From the NCBI GenBank assembly GCA_039033255.1, contig JBCCCZ010000001.1, positions 12,457 to 76,456 of the forward strand: DNA of 64,000 nucleotides, in the 5' to 3' direction. The stretch's first letter is position 1, and the number at the start of each line of letters is the position of its first letter. The translations under genes and the position numbers were made by a program. The DNA is from Pseudomonadota bacterium. Lineage in GTDB: Bacteria > Pseudomonadota > Alphaproteobacteria > Rhodobacterales > Rhodobacteraceae. This document shows, piece after piece, positions 58,239-64,000 of this stretch. The notes beneath the pieces are model-generated. The model saw only the letters and a list, made by a program, of their open reading frames with translations. It was not told the origin of the DNA and ran no database searches.

Positions 58239-59186
58239 TCACTGCGCGCAGGATGTCCATGGTTCCCATTCAGAGCGGTTCTCCGTCAGCCATTCGGTCG
58301 CCACTTCCGTCATATCGCGACCTTCCAAGTCGACCTCAGCCAGCAGGGCTGACAGCGTTGCATTGTCCATCTTGTAGTTTCGGACCATCTCGTAGGCGCA
58401 GGGCCATACTTCCTCACCACCAGCCCAGGCCATCTTCTTGATCCAGCCGCGTGGCTTGCCGCAATCGGCGATTTTGTCGGGGTTCACACCCCACGATGGA
58501 TCTTCGTAGCAAGCATCTTCATAGGCGGGGAATTCGATGAACTCACCGTCGTAAAGTGATGGTGCCCAGTGCGGCTCCCACACCCAAAGGATGATCGGGG
58601 CTTCACGCTCGTAGGCTGCTTTCAATTCGGCAAACATCGCTGCATCGGTACCGGGATGGATCACTTCAAACGGTAGGCCAAGCGCCTCGATCCGCTCTTC
58701 ATCCAGTCCGCCCCACGTCACGGGGCCGCCCACGTACCGGCCCTTGGGCGCGGTATCGGCCGTTGCGAAAAGCTCACCACATTCCCGCAGCGCTTCCCAA
58801 TTGGGCAGGCCGGGGCACTGTTCCTTCATGTAGCTCGGATACCACCAATCCTCGAGCCCCTTGAGCCCTGTCTCGCCCATATCGAGGACCTTGCCGGTTG
58901 CCAAAGATTTCGCAAGGTTCTGCTTCTGGGTAGTCTCCCAAGTCTCCATGGCGATGTGCAGATCGCCTGCCTCAAAACCCGGATAGCGGCCAGAATCGTC
59001 CGCAACCACGCTCTCGGTATTGTAGCCATACGTCTGCAAGATGATCTGCATGATCTCACCTTGCAATGCAATTGATGTCCAATCTCCGATCATGAATTTG
59101 ATCGGCTCATCGGACTCCGGCACATCTGCATGTGCGGTTGACGCAGCCATCAACAGCGCGGCTGTACATCCTAATAGTCTCTTCAT
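58239..59186 (-). CDS. ABC substrate-binding protein, OpuAC/TmoX-like (betaine/TMAO class)
   Basis: Signal peptide MKRLLG..AHA; EDWWYPSYMKEQCPGLPNWEAL, GRYVGGPVTW, DCGKP. Confidence 0.88.
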   Translation of the reverse strand: MKRLLGCTAALLMAASTAHADVPESDEPIKFMIGDWTSIALQGEIMQIILQTYGYNTESVVADDSGRYPGFEAGDLHIAMETWETTQKQNLAKSLATGKVLDMGETGLKGLEDWWYPSYMKEQCPGLPNWEALRECGELFATADTAPKGRYVGGPVTWGGLDEERIEALGLPFEVIHPGTDAAMFAELKAAYEREAPIILWVWEPHWAPSLYDGEFIEFPAYEDACYEDPSWGVNPDKIADCGKPRGWIKKMAWAGGEEVWPCAYEMVRNYKMDNATLSALLAEVDLEGRDMTEVATEWLTENRSEWEPWTSCAQ

Positions 59187-59214
59187 GTGAACTCCCCTTT
59201 CACGTTTCTCGATT

Positions 59215-60018
59215 TCAACCTTTGGAATGCCAGCCGTGGTCGACATAAAGGCCGACCCCGTTGACGAAACTCGCTTCATCAGAAGCAAGAAAGAGCACTG
59301 CGGCGGCCACCTCTTCGGGCTCACAAATGCGCATCTGTGTGGCAGCCAGATCGGCCTCCTGCCACTGCTGACCTTGCGCATCCAGTTCATCGATTTCGCG
59401 CAGCCCATGAGCCGTTTTCACAAACCCAGGGCAGACAGCATTGCAGCGAATGCCCTGCTCGCGATACTCAGCCGCGATTGCTCGGGCGAGCATCAGCGTG
59501 CCGGCTTTGGTGACGCAGTATAGTGATTCCAGCGCAAAGGCTTTTTCGGACCCGATAGAGGCTGTAATTACAATCGATCCTCCGCCATTGTCTTTCATGT
59601 GCGTGACTGCCGTGCGCGTGACCGTAAAGGCCGAGCGCATGTTTATATCCATCAGCCGATCGTAATCGGCATTGGTGGTTTCATGGAACGGCTTCACAAT
59701 GATGGAACCTGCATGGTTGAACAGCGTGTCAAGCTTGCCCAATGCGCCAATCGCTTCGTTCGTAGCCGCCTCAGCGGCTTCCGCATCTGCCAGGTTGGCC
59801 TCGATGAACTTGGCCTTGCCGCCGCCGGCTTCGATCGCATTGACGGCCGCTCCTCCGGCTTCTTTCTGAATGTCGATGATGGCGACCTCTGCACCCTCAG
59901 ATGCAAAGGCCAGTGACGCCGCCAAACCCATCCCGGCAGCGCCACCCGAAACAATGACGGACTTGCCGACAAAGCGCTGCGCACCGGTTTTGGGTGTTTC
60001 AATCGGTTGAATATTCAT
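59215..60018 (-). CDS. short-chain dehydrogenase/reductase
   Basis: SGGAAGMG, LFNHAG, YCVTK, NAVCPG. Confidence 0.92.
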   Translation of the reverse strand: MNIQPIETPKTGAQRFVGKSVIVSGGAAGMGLAASLAFASEGAEVAIIDIQKEAGGAAVNAIEAGGGKAKFIEANLADAEAAEAATNEAIGALGKLDTLFNHAGSIIVKPFHETTNADYDRLMDINMRSAFTVTRTAVTHMKDNGGGSIVITASIGSEKAFALESLYCVTKAGTLMLARAIAAEYREQGIRCNAVCPGFVKTAHGLREIDELDAQGQQWQEADLAATQMRICEPEEVAAAVLFLASDEASFVNGVGLYVDHGWHSKG

Positions 60019-60041
60019 TGCCGCCTTTCGAATGGTATTTT

Positions 60042-60058
60042 GGTATAATTTTTATACC
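60042..60058. promoter_or_regulatory. putative FadR/GntR operator (copy 1)
   Basis: Perfect IR GGTATAA-TTT-TTATACC upstream of the SDR-ABC operon. Confidence 0.7.
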
Positions 60059-60122
60059 TTTTTTGCACGAGTCAACGATTCTTTGACAGCTCAGAACGTA
60101 TGACGCTGCTTGAGTTTGGATG

Positions 60123-60821
60123 TTACGCGGCTTTGCTGTCCGACACGCGGGCCTGTTCGTACTCGATCACCAGCTGCATCCGCTGATCGGCTTTTGTCTG
60201 ATCCCGATCCCGGATCGCGTCTACGACATTGCCGCGCAAAAGCCCGCTCTGCGCGACCTGCTCATCCAGTGACCCATGTGGCAGCGGCATGAACAATGAG
60301 GCCAAGGAATCCTCAATCGATGCGGAGATATACGGGTTGGCCGAAGCCTGAGCGACCGCCAAATGAAACGCAGCCTCGCCTCTGCGCAACTCTCCTGCGT
60401 TGGTCGCCTTTCCGATCTCAGAAATTGCCTCATCCAGCCGCCGAAGATCACCGGGCGTGCGCCGAACTGCGGAAAGCCGCGCGGCCAAGGGCTCCACCTC
60501 TACACGATACTCAAAGATGCGCAGCACCCCACTAGGATCGCTGCTGAGCCGTTTCAGCGCCATGTCCCGCAGCGGACCTTCCGGTGCCACAAAGGCACCA
60601 CCGGACGCGCCACGTTTGACTGAGATGTAGCCTTCTGCCTCCAACACCCGAAGCGCCTCGCGCAATGTGACGCGCGATATTCCGATCTGTTCAGCGAGCT
60701 TGCGCTCCGCCGGCAGGCGCTCTCCCGGCAGGACCATGCCCATGTGAACCTGCCGCTTCAGATGCGTTACAGCGAGGCCGTACGCGGCTTGCTGTTCCAC
60801 TGGTTTGAGACCCCAAAGCAT
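60123..60821 (-). CDS. GntR/FadR family regulator
   Basis: PGERLPAERKLAEQIGISRVTLREAL..KRGASGGAFV; FH..A.AS.N FCD motif. Confidence 0.92.
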   Translation of the reverse strand: MLWGLKPVEQQAAYGLAVTHLKRQVHMGMVLPGERLPAERKLAEQIGISRVTLREALRVLEAEGYISVKRGASGGAFVAPEGPLRDMALKRLSSDPSGVLRIFEYRVEVEPLAARLSAVRRTPGDLRRLDEAISEIGKATNAGELRRGEAAFHLAVAQASANPYISASIEDSLASLFMPLPHGSLDEQVAQSGLLRGNVVDAIRDRDQTKADQRMQLVIEYEQARVSDSKAA

Positions 60822-60825
60822 CCCG

Positions 60826-61635
60826 TCAAACCGCCGTAAATGTGTTATCTACATAGATTTCTGCACCATTCACAAAGCTTGCATCGTCTGACGCCAGAAA
60901 GAGCGCGACCGCCGCAACTTCTTCAGGTTCGCAGATCCGACCCTGCAGCACGTTCACGTCATCCTCTGACGCTAGAACACCGTAGGTTCTCAACTGTTCG
61001 ATCTCATCCTCGCCATGTTTGGTACGAATGAAGTTGGGGCAGATCGTGTTGCAACGCACGCCGCTGTCGCGATACTCCACCGCAATCGCACGCGCCAGCT
61101 GATGCATCGCAGCCTTTGAGGCGATGTAGGCGCTTTCCATCTTGGAGCACACTGATACCGCCGTGGAAGAGGTATTGATAATCGAACCATGGCCCCGCTC
61201 CAGCATGTTTGGCAGTACTGCGCGGGTGACCAGAAAAGCGCTCTTGGCATTCTGATCCATCATCATGTCCCAATCCTCAATGGTGTAATCAAGGAACGGT
61301 TTTACAATGATGCCTCCAGCATGATTGAACAGAATGTCGATCTTCTCCTCCCGCAAGATCGTATTCTCTACTGCCTTGACCACCTGATCAGGTTCAGACA
61401 CATCTGTGGCAATAAATGTTGCTTTTGCACCAGCGTCCTTGAGTTCAGCACAAAGGGCTTTTCCGGCATCGGCGTCCCAGTCAAGGATCGTGACTGACGC
61501 CCCCTCATGTACAAACATTCGTGCAGAAGAGGCCCCGACGCCGTTTGCCCCACCAGAAATCACCGCAACACGATCCTTCAACCGTCCCAGGGAGGGCCGG
61601 CCCAGTACGTTGCGTGAAATACTTTCAACATTCAT
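60826..61635 (-). CDS. short-chain dehydrogenase/reductase (paralog of 59215-60018)
   Basis: SGGANGVG, LFNHAGGIIVKPF, YIASK, RCNTICP; start at MNVES. Confidence 0.9.
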   Translation of the reverse strand: MNVESISRNVLGRPSLGRLKDRVAVISGGANGVGASSARMFVHEGASVTILDWDADAGKALCAELKDAGAKATFIATDVSEPDQVVKAVENTILREEKIDILFNHAGGIIVKPFLDYTIEDWDMMMDQNAKSAFLVTRAVLPNMLERGHGSIINTSSTAVSVCSKMESAYIASKAAMHQLARAIAVEYRDSGVRCNTICPNFIRTKHGEDEIEQLRTYGVLASEDDVNVLQGRICEPEEVAAVALFLASDDASFVNGAEIYVDNTFTAV

Positions 61636-61652
61636 GGTATAAAAGATATACC
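61636..61652. promoter_or_regulatory. putative FadR/GntR operator (copy 2)
   Basis: GGTATAA-AAG-ATATACC abutting the SDR start codon. Confidence 0.65.
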
Positions 61653-61699
61653 TTTTAACGGGTCTTTTGAAAAGGCTCTCCAAGGACGAACGAGAGCGC

Positions 61700-62457
61700 G
61701 CTCGTCAGAACCTTCGCATTAAACGGGTCTGCCCTGACCCAGCCCTCCGAAAACATGCCGCTGAGGTGCTGATCATGCGTCAAAGCGCAGGATCGACTGT
61801 GAAATGCAGATTTGGTGACGAACAAATCCTCTGTATGATCAAAGACTATGAGGCTGGTCAGAGAGCGCAGGAGCGATGCCGGTGTTACTTTGGGGAACAG
61901 CAGGCGCAATGCACCACTTTTTTTTCATGAACTAGATAGGAGCGTATCTGTCAGGGACGTGATCAATCCAACCCTGCCGCATCGCGGTTCTGAGCACCTT
62001 TCGCAGCGCTACAAACTTGTGGTGTATCGTGCTGCGCGACGGTGGTTTGATCTTCGGATCGTTCTTCAACCGAAAAATCCGATGATCCTGCACCGTTTTC
62101 GCGCTGATGTCCTTTACAGCCATCTTGCCGGAGAAGGGATTTAAGTGGTTCCATAGACGGGCGTGATGATTTTGCACGTGCTCCGCGTTGCGATCGCCCT
62201 CGGTCATTATGTCATATTCATCAGTGAACCGTTTGGCGGCCCGCGCACAGGTTTCGCCCGTTACCAGGGTTCTGTCGGCCTTTTGGTGACGCAACCTAAA
62301 GAACCAATCTTCGGCAAAGTCCTTGGCTGAACTTTCTTCTTTGGTGCTAACCGATCGGTTTTTTTGCCTTCAGGATAAGTCGGGCACTGCCAAGCTGGGC
62401 TGCCTCGGCGCATGTACACAAAGGCTTTCCATCAAGAAACTTGTGCTTTTCAACCAT
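61700..62457 (-). pseudogene. tyrosine recombinase/phage integrase remnant
   Basis: Frameshifted fragments MVEKHKFLDGK / VYMRRGSPAWQCPTY / STKEESSAKDFAEDWFFRLR / HLNPFSGKMAVKDIS / PPSRSTIHHKFVALRKVLRTAMRQGWIDHVP; catalytic domain not recognisable; left boundary approximate. Confidence 0.75.
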
Positions 62458-62565
62458 TGCGCGACCGCATCCAAAACTGTGTCGTTTTGCGGAAAGACTG
62501 TGCAGGCGAAACCTGAAAAAGGTCAGAGTTGCGGAAATGGTTCGAGATATTTTCAATCGATGTTT

Positions 62566-62642
62566 TGGTAGCGGAGGAGGGACTTGAACCCCCGACACGC
62601 GGATTATGATTCCGCTGCTCTAACCAACTGAGCTACTCCGCC
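62566..62642 (-). tRNA. tRNA-Met (CAT), elongator-type
   Basis: GGCGGAGTAGCTCAGTTGGTTAGAGCAGCGGAATCATAATCCGCGTGTCGGGGGTTCAAGTCCCTCCTCCGCTACCA, 77 nt cloverleaf with CCA end. Confidence 0.95.
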
Positions 62643-62694
62643 AAACCGTGGCGCTGGATACTGGGGGGCGCGCGATGCGTCAAGCGCCTTTTCG

Positions 62695-63234
62695 TTACAG
62701 GAACGCCTCGATAGACGACCGGATATCACGGGATTTGGGGCCAGTCGTAGACCGCCATGTGCCCGCCACTTGGCCATCGGGTGAAATCAAAACCTTGTTG
62801 AAATTCCAGTTGGGCGCCCAGCCTGCCGTTTGCTTGACCCAGGCATAGAAAGGATGCGCGTTTGTGCCCAGGACAGGCGTGATTGTGGACATCGGCAAGG
62901 TGAGGTTGAAATTTACCTCGCAGAACTCTTTGACATCCTCGTTATTGGCCAATTCCTGCCGGAAATCACCTGACGGCACGGCCAGCACCACGAGACCCTG
63001 TTCGCGATATGTATCATAGAGATCCTGCAGCGCGTCATACTGGTGGGTGAAGCCGCAGCGCGAGGCGGTGTTCACGACCAGCACGGGCCGCCCTTTCCAT
63101 TCGTCAAAAGACAGGGTGCCGCCGTCGATAGAGGGAAAGGTCCAGTTCTCGGGCGCGGCCTCTGATCGGGTGCCTGCGCCCCCAAACAGCATGGCCATGA
63201 GTGCAGTCATAAAACAGCGGCGGTGCATGAACAT
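62695..63234 (-). CDS. glutathione peroxidase family protein
   Basis: VNTASRCGFT, PSGDFRQE, PNWNFNKVLI; N-terminal export signal. Confidence 0.9.
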   Translation of the reverse strand: MFMHRRCFMTALMAMLFGGAGTRSEAAPENWTFPSIDGGTLSFDEWKGRPVLVVNTASRCGFTHQYDALQDLYDTYREQGLVVLAVPSGDFRQELANNEDVKEFCEVNFNLTLPMSTITPVLGTNAHPFYAWVKQTAGWAPNWNFNKVLISPDGQVAGTWRSTTGPKSRDIRSSIEAFL

Positions 63235-63338
63235 CGTCTCAGCCTCTTTGGTGTCCCGTTGCCACTGAGATAGGTACGGTGCGCGATTTGACCAGACCAG
63301 TCTTGCCCACGGGCCTTGCCTGCCGCAGAGTGCCGCGC

Positions 63339-64000
63339 ATGACAGATACGCTTCTTGAGGCCCTGTGCGGGATCGTTGGCAGGGGTCACGTTCTGACCGG
63401 CGATGATGCCGTGCCGTTCTCACGGGATTGGACAGGACAGGTAGGGTGGACACCGATAGCGGTGCTGCGGCCTGCGAATACCGCGCAGGTGGCTGAGATT
63501 GTGCAGATTGCGAATGCGACGAGGACAGCGATCGTCCCGGTTTCTGGCAATACAGGCCTGGCCAAGGGGACATCCGCCGAGGGGGCGTTGATGCTGTCGC
63601 TTGACCGGCTGAACGCGATCCGAGATGTGAGCCCCAAGCGCCGCACAGCGACGGTGGAAGCAGGCGTGATCCTGACCGCATTGCACGACGCGGCGGGTGC
63701 CCATGATCTGATCTTCCCGCTGACCTTCGGGTCGCGCGGATCGGCGATGATTGGCGGCGCGCTGTCCACCAACGCGGGCGGGTCCAATGTGGTGCGCTAT
63801 GGCAGCACGCGGGGGCTGTGCCTGGGGATTGAGGCGGTCACGCCCACCGGCGAAGTGATGAACCTGATGAGCGCCTTGCATAAGGACAATTCAGGCTATG
63901 ACCTGCGCGATCTGCTGATCGGGGCAGAAGGGACGTTGGGCGTGATCACGGCGGCGGTCGTGAAGCTGTTTCCCAAACCCCGCGCCTATGCCACGGCGAT
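63339..64000 (+). CDS. FAD-linked oxidase (GlcD/D-2-hydroxyacid dehydrogenase-like), runs off the right edge
   Basis: Hand translation: MTDTLLEAL..VLRPANTAQV..SGNTGL..VEAGVIL..IGGALSTNAGGSNVVRYG..KDNSGYDL..GAEGTLGVIT. Confidence 0.88.
   Translation, partial: MTDTLLEALCGIVGRGHVLTGDDAVPFSRDWTGQVGWTPIAVLRPANTAQVAEIVQIANATRTAIVPVSGNTGLAKGTSAEGALMLSLDRLNAIRDVSPKRRTATVEAGVILTALHDAAGAHDLIFPLTFGSRGSAMIGGALSTNAGGSNVVRYGSTRGLCLGIEAVTPTGEVMNLMSALHKDNSGYDLRDLLIGAEGTLGVITAAVVKLFPKPRAYATA

Larger units (their letters stand above)
45544..62565. mobile_element. putative tRNA-Met-anchored genomic island (degenerate)
   Basis: Integrase remnant next to the tRNA 3' end, pseudogene at the far end, accessory cargo, sequence looks less GC-rich; no att repeat found. 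Confidence 0.5.

Noticed and set aside
1-64000. CRISPR array, rRNA, intact IS/transposase
   Set aside because: No regularly spaced direct repeats, rRNA-like sequence or intact transposase seen

Overview
GC-rich alphaproteobacterial chromosome segment. Gene content and protein sequences point to Rhodobacteraceae (Roseobacter group). From left to right: (1) a minus-strand catabolic operon (GntR, DHDPS-family lyase/deaminase, aldehyde dehydrogenase, P5C-reductase-like protein, non-pyrrolysine MttB-family methyltransferase, HpbD-like betaine epimerase, two SDRs, FAD oxidoreductase), probably for (hydroxy)proline betaine; (2) mostly core genes (nitrilase-family amidase, arsR-permease, kpsT-kpsE-kdsA-PMM/PGM, usp, phhB, mlaA/mlaC, an OmpA-family gene broken by an in-frame TAA, ubiA, rsmE, gshA, plsY, pyrC, pyrB, UDG, moaB, RND pump, DsbD-like, algH), with a FecI/FecR/TonB-receptor cassette and two small secreted orphan peptides; (3) a ~17 kb accessory region between algH and a tRNA-Met gene, with a decayed tyrosine integrase at the tRNA end. 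This region carries a betaine/TMAO-type ABC transporter with two paralogous SDRs and a GntR regulator. It also carries the most notable element, a tightly coupled 8-gene operon: Ser/Thr kinase, FHA protein, PP2C phosphatase, three dynamin-like GTPases and two small possibly Roadblock-like proteins, a candidate undescribed phospho-regulated dynamin system. All family assignments come from motif recognition by eye; no database searches were run.
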